A DNA stretch of 64,000 nucleotides from a bacterium (GCA_965203325.1 OZ241875.1:320001-384000); one strand, 5' to 3'; shown: positions 1 through 10,792, counted from the stretch's first letter. Made by a program: numbers and translations. Notes: generated by a model not told the origin, from the sequence alone.

Positions 1-324
1 GAGAATGCTGATACGCTTGTAAATCAGGGCCGATGGATTCAGCAGTATTTCGACATTATCGAATCGAACAAAAGGCGTCTTGCTCTTTGCCCCGCCTTTT
101 TCTGTTTGCCCGTTGATGACGACTCCACTCGCCTCGATCTTGAACAATCCCAGTTCCAGCCGGTCGATGGATACTTTACGACCGAGGATTTTCTGCCCTT
201 CTCTCTCCGCAATTCTGATTACCTCATCTGAGGAAAGAAAAATTTGCACGGCGACGATCACAACGATTGTCAAAACGAAACTTATGCCGGCAATCCAAAC
301 CAACCATTTCAAGAATCGATACAT
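1..324 (-). CDS. AsmA/DUF748-like protein, N-terminal part (continues off the window's left edge)
   Basis: Hand translation from ATG at 324: MYRFLKWLVWIAGISFVLTIVVIVAVQIFLSSDEVIRIAEREGQKILGRKVSIDRLELGLFKIEASGVVI...; N-terminal TM helix followed by an 'LGRKVSI' AsmA-type beta pattern; frame open to position 1. Confidence 0.6.
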   Translation of the reverse strand, partial: MYRFLKWLVWIAGISFVLTIVVIVAVQIFLSSDEVIRIAEREGQKILGRKVSIDRLELGLFKIEASGVVINGQTEKGGAKSKTPFVRFDNVEILLNPSALIYKRISIL

Positions 325-481
325 AGTGGACCCATTGCGGAAAACAAAAAGGCGGCTCATAAAGCATAAGATAATTTAGATTTCATACCACTGCCTCATG
401 TTATATATTAGCAAAATGCGATTTTTTGTGTCTTCTTAATGTTTGAAACTGAATTCCTCTTTTTTGTAGTGAATCGCCTAT

Positions 482-1777
482 ATGAATAAGAATCCCGTTG
501 ACACGAACACAGATACTCAACGCCCAAAATCGAATCGAGGTCGAGAAGTCTTTTCCTGGTGCATGTACGATTTTGCGAACTCCGCTTTTCCAACACTTAT
601 CGTAACAGTTGCTTACAGCGTCTATTTCAAGACAATCGTAGCGGGGGGCGGTGGGAGAGGAGATTTCCTATGGGGGATTGCGCTCTCAATGGCCATGATT
701 TTAAGCGTGTCCATCACCCCGCCTTTGAGCGCGGTCGCCGACAAGCGAAGCACCCGAAAACGCTTTTTGGTGCTTTTCGCCTATATTTGCGTATTGGCCA
801 CCGCCCTTTTGGCAAATGTAACCGCCGGGATGATCTTTGCCGGGATGGCGCTTTTCATCATCGCCACCGGTGCATTCGAAAGCTCTCTCATCTTCTACAA
901 CTCTTTTTTGCCCGACGTCTCTACGCCGAGAACCGTCGGGAAGGTTAGTGGCTGGGGCTGGGGACTTGGATATCTGGGCGGTCTGCTTTGTCTTTTTTTG
1001 GTCAAACCTTTGTTGGCGGGAGGGTTTTCACAGGAAAATCTTCCCTTGTTCCGTATGAGCTTCGTTGCGGTCGCCGGGTTTTATGGCCTGTTCACGATCC
1101 CGTTAATTTTTTGGCTACGCGAGACCAAAGGCAATACCATAAAACCAAACGAAAAAGGCGCTTTCGCCGAACTATGGAATACGCTCCAAGACACGAGAAA
1201 AACTCCGGGCGCAATCAGGTTTCTTATCGCCTTTTTCCTCTATAACGACGGAATTGTCACCGTCATTTCTTTCAGTTCGATCTATGCGGTTTCTACGTTG
1301 AAATTCAGCATGGGCGAAGTATTGGGTCTCTTCATCATGGTTCAAGTCTCGGCCGGCGTCGGCGCGTTTGCGCTCGGGTATCTGGTGGACGCCTGGGGGG
1401 CGCGGAAGACGATTCTGCTGACCCTGGTGAATTGGTGTGTAGTCGTCATCGTGGCCTATTTCACTGAAACGAAATACGTCTTTCTGGGTATCTCGCTGCT
1501 GGCGGGACTATCCCTCGGTTCTAGCCAATCTGCAAGCCGCTCACTCATGGCCAGCTACATTCCTGAAAAAAGATCCGCGCAATCATTTTCGTTTTACGGT
1601 ATTTGCGGCAAAATGAGCTCGGTTCTCGGCCCACTTGTTTTCGGAGGCGTTTCCGCACTTACTGGAGAGCAAAGAACAGCAATATTATCCGTGCTCGTCT
1701 TTTTCCTGGTGGGAGGCGCCTTGCTGTGGCTAACGCCGGAAACCAAGAAATCGGATCTGGCGGACCAAGAGCTATGA
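482..1777 (+). CDS. MFS transporter (Atg22/UMF1-like)
   Basis: 431 aa, ~12 hydrophobic segments; 'WCMYDFANSAF', 'FYNSFLP', 'VSGWGWGLGYLGG' typical of this MFS subfamily. Confidence 0.85.
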   Translation: MNKNPVDTNTDTQRPKSNRGREVFSWCMYDFANSAFPTLIVTVAYSVYFKTIVAGGGGRGDFLWGIALSMAMILSVSITPPLSAVADKRSTRKRFLVLFAYICVLATALLANVTAGMIFAGMALFIIATGAFESSLIFYNSFLPDVSTPRTVGKVSGWGWGLGYLGGLLCLFLVKPLLAGGFSQENLPLFRMSFVAVAGFYGLFTIPLIFWLRETKGNTIKPNEKGAFAELWNTLQDTRKTPGAIRFLIAFFLYNDGIVTVISFSSIYAVSTLKFSMGEVLGLFIMVQVSAGVGAFALGYLVDAWGARKTILLTLVNWCVVVIVAYFTETKYVFLGISLLAGLSLGSSQSASRSLMASYIPEKRSAQSFSFYGICGKMSSVLGPLVFGGVSALTGEQRTAILSVLVFFLVGGALLWLTPETKKSDLADQEL

Positions 1778-1849
1778 TGCGTTTACTCTCTCTCCGAAAG
1801 CGCGACATGTTGAGCGTTTCGTCTCCTCCAGCCATCTCCCGGAGTTGAC

Positions 1850-2215
1850 TTGGAGTTTCGTGAACAGATTTACCAAAGGCTGATGTTTCATCTTGGAGAA
1901 ATCGAAGTTTCCAAGGAAACTGTCGATGCCTTCACGTCCGACATCGTCCATATTCTTGACCGCGTTACGCAGGACAGAATATACGAGGCGAGTTTACGCC
2001 AAATTCTCCAGCGTTACGCCGATGAGTGGGCGGAGCAGTCTTCTCGTAGAATTCTGGATTCCAAAAGTGATGAAGCCACGGAAATCGTATATGAAATGAT
2101 TGACCGCCAAGCCAGAAATCGCGCCGTCCGCGCACTCAGGAAAGTCCTGCTCGATACACTGCAAGGCCAGAAAAAACCATTGGACGATCTCGATTTTTTT
2201 AACGAAACCGAATAA
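1850..2215 (+). CDS. hypothetical protein
   Basis: 121 aa ORF with GGAG upstream of TTG, collinear with neighbours; no recognisable motif. Confidence 0.6.
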   Translation: MEFREQIYQRLMFHLGEIEVSKETVDAFTSDIVHILDRVTQDRIYEASLRQILQRYADEWAEQSSRRILDSKSDEATEIVYEMIDRQARNRAVRALRKVLLDTLQGQKKPLDDLDFFNETE

Positions 2216-2235
2216 TTCAAAAACAGAGGTTCTCG

Positions 2236-2631
2236 ATGCCAGAAAAAAAATTAGCGGAAGAAATCGCAAAACGCAGGGGTCGCAGATACCCGGCCCATGA
2301 ATTCATCGCCGAGAAATTTCCCGACTACATGGAAGCGCTTTTACATCTCGATGAGATCATCCGAGCGAAAGAAAGAAGATTCAATGAAGCAATGCATGAA
2401 CTCTTTCATATCATAGCACTCGCCGTTGAGGGTTCGAATCCGCATAATCAGCCACACCTCAAACAGCATCTGAAGAAAGGTCTCAAATTAGGCTTACACC
2501 CGGAAGAAATAGCTGAAGCACTTATGGTCTGCGTAAACCCGGCGGGCTCCAAGGTCCTCACGTATGGCGTCACCTGTATGCTCGAAGCAATGGATGAACT
2601 CAAAGCCGAGGGTTGGACATATCCCGACTAA
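2236..2631 (+). CDS. carboxymuconolactone decarboxylase (CMD/AhpD-like) family protein
   Basis: 'HELFHIIALAV...HLKQHLKKGLKLGLHPEEIAEAL' CMD helical pattern; GAGG RBS. Confidence 0.7.
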   Translation: MPEKKLAEEIAKRRGRRYPAHEFIAEKFPDYMEALLHLDEIIRAKERRFNEAMHELFHIIALAVEGSNPHNQPHLKQHLKKGLKLGLHPEEIAEALMVCVNPAGSKVLTYGVTCMLEAMDELKAEGWTYPD

Positions 2632-2664
2632 ATAGCTATTTCTCTTAAGCACATCTTTTGAGGC

Positions 2665-2994
2665 TCACGCTTCTGCTCGAATTGCCTCTTCACGCAATGG
2701 AGAATAAATACCGATATATGTGATGGGTGTGGGGGCATCCAGTCGATGCGGCACTCCTTTGGGTATGTGAACCACCTGACCCGCTTTGACATTGCGCGTT
2801 TCACCGGCGACTGTAAACGTAGCTTCGCCCTTCATGAGATATACGAGTTGCTCCACATCATGAGTATGGTCCTGTTCCGTTCCTCCCTCTCTTTCGATAT
2901 ACAACATCATGACCTGCTCGCCGACGACGAGCCTGCGCTCCCTACCCGGCATCTTTTGGGGTTCAATTTCCGCCAGATCATAGAAATATTGCAT
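2665..2994 (-). CDS. cupin domain protein
   Basis: 'HTHDVEQLVYLMKGEATFTV...GQVVHIPKGVPH' cupin motifs 1 and 2. Confidence 0.85.
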   Translation of the reverse strand: MQYFYDLAEIEPQKMPGRERRLVVGEQVMMLYIEREGGTEQDHTHDVEQLVYLMKGEATFTVAGETRNVKAGQVVHIPKGVPHRLDAPTPITYIGIYSPLREEAIRAEA

Positions 2995-3160
2995 CAGCCT
3001 ACTCCTTTTGGTTTACGTTTCGAATAGATTTTCAGATTGTTGACTTTTGGAGCCACAATCGCAAAATCATCACAAAACCCGCCTTGCAATCACACACCCA
3101 TCATCCCTAGAATCCTCTCCTGTTTCGTCGAACCTCCGCAGTTTACTAGAGGATAAATTC

Positions 3161-4573
3161 TTGGTGAATACCGACATCCGAGTTCGCTTTGCTCCATCCA
3201 ACACGGGCCACCTCCATATCGGTGGCGCGAGGACAGCACTGTTTAACTGGTTTTTTGCGAAACATCACGAAGGCACAGCCATTTTAAGAGTCGAAGATAC
3301 CGACCGGCAACGCTCTACGGAAGAATACTACGACGCAATCCTGGAAGCATTCAATTGGCTGGGTCTTGAATGGGATGAAGGCCCATATCGTCAATCTCAG
3401 CGGATGGATTTATACCAAGAAGCAGCCAATAAACTCCTATCTTCCGGCCATGCCTATCGGTGTACGTGCACACCAGATGAAGTGAACGCAATGCGTGAAC
3501 GAGCTCGCGCCGAGGGGAAAACACCGAAATACGACGGCACCTGTCGGGATCGATATGACAAGGACCCGGGTATTCCATTTTGCCTTCGCCTCCGGGCGCC
3601 TGATACCGGAGAAACCATTGTCAACGACATCCTTGCCGGAGAAGTATTGTTCGAGAATTCACAACTCGACGATATGGTCATCGTCCGAACTGATGGGACA
3701 CCCACATACAATTTTTGCGTGGCTATCGATGACATCGATATGAAGATTAGCCATGTGATCCGCGGCAACGACCATCTATCCAATACCCCCAGACAAGTTC
3801 TCGTCTATCGGGCCTTGAATGAACCCACACCAAAATTCGCACATATATCGATGATATTGGGACCCGACAAAAAAAGACTTTCAAAGCGTCATGGCGCAGA
3901 TTCGGTATTGGAATACAAAGAGCGCGGCTTTCTCCCCAATGCGTTGATCAACTATCTCGTTCGTCTCGGGTGGAGTCACGGGGATCAAGAAATTTTCTCC
4001 AAAGAAGAAATTATCGCAAAATTTTCCTTAGAAAATTTGAACAGGTCTGCCGCGATCTTCAATCCGGAAAAATTATTGTGGCTGAATCAGGAATACATTA
4101 AATCGACTGATAGTGATTTCCTCGTCAAATCGCTCGATACAGGTCTTAAGGAGCTGGGCTTATCACCAGAGCTACTCACACATGGAACACGCAAGGGCAT
4201 TGTGGATGAACTCAGAACCCGTTCGAGAACTTTAACGGATATGATAGATGGCGCTCGTTTTTTCTTTGAAAATGAAATCGAGTTGGACGAGAAAGCTGCA
4301 TCGAAATTCCTGAATTCCGAAAGTTCGAGTCTAATCATGAAATTGCGGGATGAACTCACCAATATCGATACATTTTCAACTGAAAACGTTAAATCGGCTT
4401 TTCATCACGTAATGGAAGAAGAAGCCGTAAAGCTCGGCAAACTGGCTCAACCCGTACGCGTCGCCATTACGGGCGGAACCATCAGTCCCGGTATCTTTGA
4501 AACACTCAGCCTTCTTGGAAAAGAGGAGAGTCTCCACCGCCTCGACGCGGCTTTGGCCAGAATCAATCAATAA
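3161..4573 (+). CDS. gltX: glutamate--tRNA ligase
   Basis: 'RVRFAPSNTGHLHIGGAR' (HIGH motif), 'LRVEDTD', 'HVIRGNDHLSN', 'KRLSKRHG' (KMSKS-like); start placed at TTG 3161 (or GTG 3164) after AGGA. Confidence 0.95.
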   Translation: MVNTDIRVRFAPSNTGHLHIGGARTALFNWFFAKHHEGTAILRVEDTDRQRSTEEYYDAILEAFNWLGLEWDEGPYRQSQRMDLYQEAANKLLSSGHAYRCTCTPDEVNAMRERARAEGKTPKYDGTCRDRYDKDPGIPFCLRLRAPDTGETIVNDILAGEVLFENSQLDDMVIVRTDGTPTYNFCVAIDDIDMKISHVIRGNDHLSNTPRQVLVYRALNEPTPKFAHISMILGPDKKRLSKRHGADSVLEYKERGFLPNALINYLVRLGWSHGDQEIFSKEEIIAKFSLENLNRSAAIFNPEKLLWLNQEYIKSTDSDFLVKSLDTGLKELGLSPELLTHGTRKGIVDELRTRSRTLTDMIDGARFFFENEIELDEKAASKFLNSESSSLIMKLRDELTNIDTFSTENVKSAFHHVMEEEAVKLGKLAQPVRVAITGGTISPGIFETLSLLGKEESLHRLDAALARINQ

Positions 4574-4632
4574 TTGACTTCACCATCGTCCTTGACGAAT
4601 AAAGAACTCATACATATAAACATCTAGGTTTT

Positions 4633-4706
4633 TGGGGGATCGTCTAGCGGCAGGACACCAGACTCTGGATCTGGGTACGGAGGTTCGAATCCTCCTCCCC
4701 CAGCCA
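4633..4706 (+). tRNA. tRNA-Gln (anticodon CTG)
   Basis: TGGGGGA...TCCCCCA-G-CCA acceptor stem; CCAGA-CT-CTG-GA-TCTGG anticodon arm; GGTTCGAATCC T-arm. Confidence 0.95.
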
Positions 4707-4774
4707 CTCAATTCTTACGAGTTATATTCGGCGCACGGAATTTCGTAGTATTCTTTCATCCTTTATCCAAGGAG

Positions 4775-5437
4775 ATGACAATGACTCTAAGAATCAATGA
4801 TGAAGTACCAGATTTTTCCGCCGATACGACCCAAGGCTCTATCAATTTTCATGAATGGATCGGTAATGGCTGGGCCATCATATTTTCGCATCCAAAGGAC
4901 TTTACACCCGTATGCACCACGGAACTCGGGACTATGGCCGGACTCAAGCCGGAATTCGATAAAAGAAACTGCAAAGTGATTGGCATCAGCGTCGACGGAG
5001 TTTCCGACCATGAGAAATGGTCGAAAGATATCGAAAGCTCTCAAGGGCATGCTGTGAATTATCCCCTGATTGGCGATCCCGAACTTAAAATCGTTAAAGC
5101 CTTTGACATGCTGCCTGCCGACTCAGGCGACACCTCAGATGGCCGGACGGCCGCAGATAATGCGACGGCACGCTCGGTTTTCGTTATCGGGCCGGACAAG
5201 AGAATCAAGGCGACGCTCACCTATCCAATGAGCACGGGCCGGAATTTCAGCGAAATCCTGAGACTGCTCGATTCCTGCCAGTTGACGGCCAGTGAACAGG
5301 TGGCGACCCCGGCGAACTGGCAACAGGGCGAAGATGTGATTATTTTGCCGGCTGTCTCGGATGAGGATGCGAAGAAGAAATACCCGGAGGGGTGGGAATC
5401 GCCACTTCCCTACATTCGGGTTGTAAAACAACCATAG
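4775..5437 (+). CDS. 1-Cys peroxiredoxin (Prx6 type)
   Basis: 'FSHPKDFTPVCTTE' active site; 'YPMSTGRNF', 'VATPANW'. Confidence 0.93.
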   Translation: MTMTLRINDEVPDFSADTTQGSINFHEWIGNGWAIIFSHPKDFTPVCTTELGTMAGLKPEFDKRNCKVIGISVDGVSDHEKWSKDIESSQGHAVNYPLIGDPELKIVKAFDMLPADSGDTSDGRTAADNATARSVFVIGPDKRIKATLTYPMSTGRNFSEILRLLDSCQLTASEQVATPANWQQGEDVIILPAVSDEDAKKKYPEGWESPLPYIRVVKQP

Positions 5438-5504
5438 GTAGGGGCATTGCAATCACCGATTGATGCGACCAAGCAGGTACAGGGTTAATACCTCGTTTCA
5501 GATA

Positions 5505-5541
5505 AAAAAAGAGCCGCGGCTGATACAAGCCGCGGCTCTTT
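5505..5541. terminator. bidirectional rho-independent terminator
   Basis: A-run + GAGCCGCGGCT-loop-AGCCGCGGCTC + TTT between convergent genes. Confidence 0.8.
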
Positions 5542-5561
5542 ATGCTTTCCTATGAAAAAGC

Positions 5562-6557
5562 TTAGTTTTTCCAACCCTCTGCAGCCATGGCCTCTTTCAC
5601 CATGCTCAGATCCATGCCTTCCTTACGAAGATCCACTGTACGTTTCGCTTTTCGCTTTTTCAGAAGAACCTTGCCCATGTGATCAAACCATTTGTAATCC
5701 GCCTCAGATGGGAGAAGGCCGAAAGTCAGATCGTTCACAGAAGCTTTCACTATTTTGAGCTTGATCTTCGAACCTTTCGATTGTAGATGGTTCAGGTATA
5801 CACGTGCAAACTTATCGCGGTTGTCTCTGTGCAATTTCATGCCACGAATGAATCCTCTCAAAAACTTCGTATACACATCTCTATCTTTCTTGAGGGTTTT
5901 TCCGTTGGCCATTAAAATCCACAGGTTGTTTGCATATTTGCAAAAAGTTTCCACTGTGCGGGCATATCCCCTGTCGATGGCAATGGCAGCTTGCGGGTTA
6001 TTCAAAGCTATCATATCCACTGTCCGGGATTTAAGCGCCGCCATGCGGGTATCATTGTTCATGTTCACGGTCGTGAAATCTTTCACGGTTAAACCATATT
6101 CCGGCAAGATGAAGGTTGTCAGCGTGAAATAAGTACCCGTAGCTTTACCTACTCCAAGTCTTTTGCCCTTCAAGTCATGCAAGGTTTTCACAGGTGATTT
6201 TGGAGATGTGAGAATTTTATTTGCTTTGCACCAATAATTTGCATTTCCGATTCCAGGGGCATTCGCTCTTTTCGATATGGCTGAGTAAAAAGCACGGTCG
6301 GCAGCGCCACCAATATCAAGAGAGTTCGCCAAAATCGCCTGACGCATTAATTTGCCCTGTGGGAATTGTTTAATGGTGTATTTTCCCTTGCCGATGGTTT
6401 GATTATAATAGCCCATCTTATGAGCAACGATGGTGACCGCTCCCATAACAGAGCGATGGTGGCCGATGCGGAATGGCGCTGCGTGAGCGGAAAATACCGT
6501 CAACAAAACTCCCGCCATGGCCAGGGCGACAACTAGAAAAATACCTCTGCGATTCAT
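5562..6557 (-). CDS. ABC transporter substrate-binding protein (SsuA/TauA/NMT1-like)
   Basis: Signal peptide ending AHA; 'SPVKTLHDLKGKRLGVGKAT' and 'ALKSRTVD' patterns; no permease or ATPase adjacent. Confidence 0.8.
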   Translation of the reverse strand: MNRRGIFLVVALAMAGVLLTVFSAHAAPFRIGHHRSVMGAVTIVAHKMGYYNQTIGKGKYTIKQFPQGKLMRQAILANSLDIGGAADRAFYSAISKRANAPGIGNANYWCKANKILTSPKSPVKTLHDLKGKRLGVGKATGTYFTLTTFILPEYGLTVKDFTTVNMNNDTRMAALKSRTVDMIALNNPQAAIAIDRGYARTVETFCKYANNLWILMANGKTLKKDRDVYTKFLRGFIRGMKLHRDNRDKFARVYLNHLQSKGSKIKLKIVKASVNDLTFGLLPSEADYKWFDHMGKVLLKKRKAKRTVDLRKEGMDLSMVKEAMAAEGWKN

Positions 6558-6783
6558 TACAAAATCCTCCTTGAGATTCATTGGCCCGAAGGCATCCATG
6601 GGTGAAACAGCAAGAAGAGCAACCCGTTACCGGGAAGCAAATTTCAATGTCGAAAATCCCATCAAATCAATATGAGAGAAACGTATCATACCTTGTGACA
6701 TAATTGCATCCTGCTTTGCCCCCGGAATTAATCTCTCATTTTCCATCCCGAAAAAATCTCCGACCTGTTTCGACTTGTTTTGA

Positions 6784-7995
6784 TTAGGCAGTGGATTCCG
6801 GTTCAGGACTTCGTCTTTGCAAGGACAAAGCCAAAACAAAACCCACAAGCAAAACGATTGGAAGCGTCCAAAAAGCATTCAGCATTCCGATTCTTTCCCC
6901 AAGAATAGAAAGGGGGAGCGCTGTTAATCCGGCCAATAATGTACCACCACCCAGTATCAATGAGCTTGCGAAGCCCCGATGCTCTGGCAAGTACTCTTGG
7001 GATAAGGCAACAGATACGCCCATTGGCACAAAAGCCCCTGCACCAATGATTGCCAGAGATATATAAGACCATTCCAAGGAAGTTAATTGAAAAACCAACA
7101 TACCGGCCAAGGCGCATCCAACGCCGATTGTAATCACTTTAGGCTTCCCGTACCTGTCACCTAAAATACCACCGAGCATGACGCCTATAGCTCCTGAGAT
7201 AAAAATGATCGAGTTAGCCATACCGCCTCGCCAAAGCCCAAAGCCCCTTTCAACAAATATCGTAGGCAAAAAGCCCGATAAATTCATCAAGGTCATCCCC
7301 CGCACAACCGCAATACCGAACAGGAGCAGTACAGGACCTCGTACATTTTTAAGCGCTATTATCAAACCCGTTTGCCCGCCTCCTGCGTAATTTTTTTTCT
7401 TTCTCTGGGGCGGAGCCGGCATCCCTAATTTCACACCCGCCATAGCGAGCACCGCCACAAGGATGAACACCCACAAATGCTCCATCCCCATCATTTCTGC
7501 GATAAAAATGGCGATCAACGGACCAATTGCGAAACCCAACCTTCCCGCCGTAACGAACAAGCTGACAATAAATCCGGCATGTTCGGAACTCAGCCTACCT
7601 GCCCGCGCGGCCATATCCGGATGGCATAACCCAAAAAGGATTCCCCCCATGATTACTGCAGCGGCCAAACCATATACGCTCGTCACCCAACCAATCGCTG
7701 TAAAAGCTATGGAACTTCCGATTAGGCCTACGGTTAGCCAGGGTAACCAAGGCCACCTGTCAATGACGATACCGGTGATGGGTTGCGTGATAGAGCCACT
7801 CACTGTCTGACAAGAAATCAAAAAACCGATTGTCGTGATACTGAGTCCTAATTTTTCTTTTAATAATGGGGCAAGGGGTGCGAAGAAATTGGCCTGGCTA
7901 TCCACCACGAAATGCGCAAAGAAAATGAGACCTGTTCCGGCCCAAGGTACAGTACGTAAGGATGGTTTTTCAGAATTCCGAGAGTTTTTTTTCAT
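6784..7995 (-). CDS. MFS transporter (Fsr-like)
   Basis: 'HFVVDSQANFFAPL', 'SITQPITG', 'GRLGFAIGPL', 'GDRYGKP'; ~12 TM. Confidence 0.8.
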   Translation of the reverse strand: MKKNSRNSEKPSLRTVPWAGTGLIFFAHFVVDSQANFFAPLAPLLKEKLGLSITTIGFLISCQTVSGSITQPITGIVIDRWPWLPWLTVGLIGSSIAFTAIGWVTSVYGLAAAVIMGGILFGLCHPDMAARAGRLSSEHAGFIVSLFVTAGRLGFAIGPLIAIFIAEMMGMEHLWVFILVAVLAMAGVKLGMPAPPQRKKKNYAGGGQTGLIIALKNVRGPVLLLFGIAVVRGMTLMNLSGFLPTIFVERGFGLWRGGMANSIIFISGAIGVMLGGILGDRYGKPKVITIGVGCALAGMLVFQLTSLEWSYISLAIIGAGAFVPMGVSVALSQEYLPEHRGFASSLILGGGTLLAGLTALPLSILGERIGMLNAFWTLPIVLLVGFVLALSLQRRSPEPESTA

Positions 7996-7997
7996 AT

Positions 7998-9014
7998 CTA
8001 CCTTGGGGCCAAGGCCCTCAACGTCCGTTCGACCGCTTCTTGATAACTCTCATCCGCCAACACGGGGTCGATCATCAAAGCCGGCATATCCACTCCGGCA
8101 TCATAGAAAGCCGCCAAGCGTTCCCGGCACCTCTCTGGCGGGCCGACAAGACAAAATTCATCGATGATGGCGTCTGTAATCCCCTCTCTCAAAGCCTTTT
8201 GATCGCCACGTTCGAAGGCTCGTTTTATGGATTCCGCCTCTTGTTCATAACCGCTTTTCCGAATCGAATTGTTGTATGCGGGAAGTCCCAACCAATATGT
8301 CAATGTTTGGCGGGCAGCTTCTCTCGCGAAGTTGAGGTCGTCACATAAGAAGGTATGTATTCCAAGATCAATCTCTACATCACGGGGATTTCTGTTTGCG
8401 CGTTTCGCGCCTGCGTCTCTCGCTTCCAAATAGGCGCCCATCCTTGATAGCGGAACCATATACGGCAACAATCCATCGGCTATTTCTCCGCCAAGCTCTG
8501 TCATCTTTGGGCCGACGGCTGCTATGTAAATTCGGACCGGATAGTTTGAGCGCCTGAATTTCAACTCCTCTCCCTGGTAAGTCTGGACAGGAAGAGGATA
8601 CACAGGCTCACCCTCCAGTACACCTTTCACCTCACTCACATATTTCCGCATATCTTCGAGAGGATTTCCGGGCTCTATCCCCATCGCTTTAATTCGGGGC
8701 GGGTGCCCAAGTCCGAGACCTAAGATATAGCGGCCGCCGGAGATTTCGCTGATCGCCGCCGCGCCTTGGGCCGCCATGGAAGCATGGCGCAAATAAATGA
8801 TGGCAACCGAACTCCCGATCTCGATCCTGGACGTGTATGCCGCCATCAACTGATTGATGGCCAGGGTGTCCGTCAAAGATTCTGTCGTATAAACACGATC
8901 ATATCCCAATTCCTCCCCAAGCCTGGAAACCTCTCCTAATCCCTTCAAGGAAATGTCCGCAAACGTGAGAAGCCAAAACCCGAGGCGATGCGTCATATCA
9001 AACCCTTCCGTCAA
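7998..9014 (-). CDS. LLM-class flavin/F420-dependent oxidoreductase
   Basis: 'TSRIEIGSSV', 'EISGGRYILGLGLG', 'IYIAAVGPKMTELGGEIADG', 'LVGPPERCRERL'. Confidence 0.88.
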   Translation of the reverse strand: MTEGFDMTHRLGFWLLTFADISLKGLGEVSRLGEELGYDRVYTTESLTDTLAINQLMAAYTSRIEIGSSVAIIYLRHASMAAQGAAAISEISGGRYILGLGLGHPPRIKAMGIEPGNPLEDMRKYVSEVKGVLEGEPVYPLPVQTYQGEELKFRRSNYPVRIYIAAVGPKMTELGGEIADGLLPYMVPLSRMGAYLEARDAGAKRANRNPRDVEIDLGIHTFLCDDLNFAREAARQTLTYWLGLPAYNNSIRKSGYEQEAESIKRAFERGDQKALREGITDAIIDEFCLVGPPERCRERLAAFYDAGVDMPALMIDPVLADESYQEAVERTLRALAPR

Positions 9015-9032
9015 CCATGTCCTTGGGCATAC

Positions 9033-9794
9033 TCATTGGCATAATCGACCCCCATCCATCAATATGACTGCCCCGTTCATATAGGATGCTTCATCAGAAG
9101 CCACGAAAACAGCGCAATCGGCGATTTCTTCCGGAGCAGCAAATCGCCCCAACGGTATATTACTCATCAGTTTCTCTCGTCTATCTGCTTGCGTTTCCAC
9201 GCGGTGCTTCGTCCCCTCACTCAGAGTCGTCCCCGGAGCTATCGCATTCACCCGAATCCCTTTGGGGCCTAGTTCGGCGGCATGCGCCTTCGTCATCAGG
9301 TGCATGGCCCCTTTCGTGGCACAATAGAGCGAATTATCGGGTACCCCTGCCTCGCCGGATGTCGAGCCGATGTTGATGATCTGACCATCTGCCCTGGGAA
9401 TCATGTGCTTGGCCGCCAATCCACTCAGAATGAACGAGGCCATCGCATTGACCTGAAAAAGCGCGACTACTTCTTCATGCGTAATTTCCTCTACGGGCTT
9501 GTTGCAGCGGATTCCGGCGCAGTTCACCAAAATATCGAGACTACCCAGATGCATCAGGGCGCGAGTCATCAAAGGAGCCGCATTCGCCAGGTTCGACAAA
9601 TCCACACCCTCGCCAGCCGCCGATATTCCCTGGGCCTTGCAATAAGCGAGGGTCGACTCCAAAGCTCTCTGGTTCCTGCCACCCGCCAAATATAGTGAAC
9701 AACTCTCTTCGGCGAAACGCCTTGAGATGGCGGAGCCGATTCCCACCGAGGCTCCGGTGATCAAGGCCGTCTTTCCTTGCAGTCGCAATCGCAT
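9033..9794 (-). CDS. SDR family oxidoreductase
   Basis: 'TGASVGIG', 'LVNCAG', YxxxK 'YCATK', 'GIRVNAIAPG'. Confidence 0.92.
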   Translation of the reverse strand: MRLRLQGKTALITGASVGIGSAISRRFAEESCSLYLAGGRNQRALESTLAYCKAQGISAAGEGVDLSNLANAAPLMTRALMHLGSLDILVNCAGIRCNKPVEEITHEEVVALFQVNAMASFILSGLAAKHMIPRADGQIINIGSTSGEAGVPDNSLYCATKGAMHLMTKAHAAELGPKGIRVNAIAPGTTLSEGTKHRVETQADRREKLMSNIPLGRFAAPEEIADCAVFVASDEASYMNGAVILMDGGRLCQ

Positions 9795-9808
9795 ATCGAA
9801 TAGTTCCT

Positions 9809-10357
9809 TTACTTTAACGGAGGCTCTGTTCCTTCCGGCACTTGTAGTTCAAATGCGTTGAGCGTCATCGAGACGGTCGTGTAATGTCCAATAAGACCGA
9901 TTAACTCCACCAGCCCACGCTCTCCGAAATGCTCGAATGCGTTCTGGTAAATCTCATCGCTCACGAAATGATTTTCGTGTAATGCGATACAAAAATCATA
10001 GATCGCTGCCTCATCGGCGGCCATTTCTTGGGGCCGCCTGTTCTCCTGAACCGCCTCGATAATCTCGGGGGATAAACCTCCCTTCCTGGCCAAAGGCTCA
10101 TGGGCGTACCATTCGTATTGCGAACCCCAGAACCGGGCGGTGATCAAAATCGCAAACTCGCTCAGCCTGGGCTCGAAGAGGGTGTCATAGCGTAGGTAAC
10201 GCCCCGTTTCCTCCAGCTTTTCAAGATAAGCCGGGCTTTTCAGCCACGCCAGAAACGGGCCGCGTACGCCTCCTCTGGGGCCGGAGGCGATTTTTTCATG
10301 GAGGTTTCTCTGCGCCTCCGTCATCTGTTCCATTGGTGTCTCGGTCAAACGTGCCAT
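9809..10357 (-). CDS. carboxymuconolactone decarboxylase family protein
   Basis: 'GPRGGVRGPFLAWL', 'LSEFAILITARFWGSQYEWYAH', 'FGERGLVELIGLIGHY'; start set at MARL. Confidence 0.85.
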   Translation of the reverse strand: MARLTETPMEQMTEAQRNLHEKIASGPRGGVRGPFLAWLKSPAYLEKLEETGRYLRYDTLFEPRLSEFAILITARFWGSQYEWYAHEPLARKGGLSPEIIEAVQENRRPQEMAADEAAIYDFCIALHENHFVSDEIYQNAFEHFGERGLVELIGLIGHYTTVSMTLNAFELQVPEGTEPPLK

Positions 10358-10576
10358 CGGTATGAGTTCTCCTATAGACTGAAAACGTGCGCGAACATTC
10401 ACCCTCCAACTGCTACATAAGAATTTCACAGGTTGCAAGGCGATGCTTAGTCTGATAAGCAGTTAACAAGGCTGCGGCCGGCGCGGCCAACTTGAATTTC
10501 TGGAAATGTACTTGGAGTGAAGGGCCCCCACCTGTTTCATCTCTACCCATTTCCAAAATATGCAGGAGATCAGCAA

Positions 10577-10792
10577 GTGCCAGAAGGAACAGTGAAGTGG
10601 TTCAATGACGCGAAGGGCTATGGATTCATTTCGCAGACGGATGGTGACGATGTTTTCGTCCACTTCTCCGCCATCCAGGGAGAGGGCTTCAAAACCCTGG
10701 AGGAAGGACAAAACGTGAACTTCGAAATTGTCCAGGGCCCGAAAGGGCTCCAAGCGGCCAACGTCACAAAGGGGGGTGACTCCGAAGAATAA
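10577..10792 (+). CDS. csp: cold-shock protein
   Basis: '[15 protein letters not shown]', 'DVFVHFSAI', '[10 protein letters not shown]'; GTG start after AGGAG. Confidence 0.95.
   Translation: MPEGTVKWFNDAKGYGFISQTDGDDVFVHFSAIQGEGFKTLEEGQNVNFEIVQGPKGLQAANVTKGGDSEE

Noticed and set aside
3185..3225. gltX 'APSNTG' instead of the usual 'APSPTG'
   Set aside because: Single substitution with HIGH and KMSKS-like motifs intact; insufficient to claim altered function.
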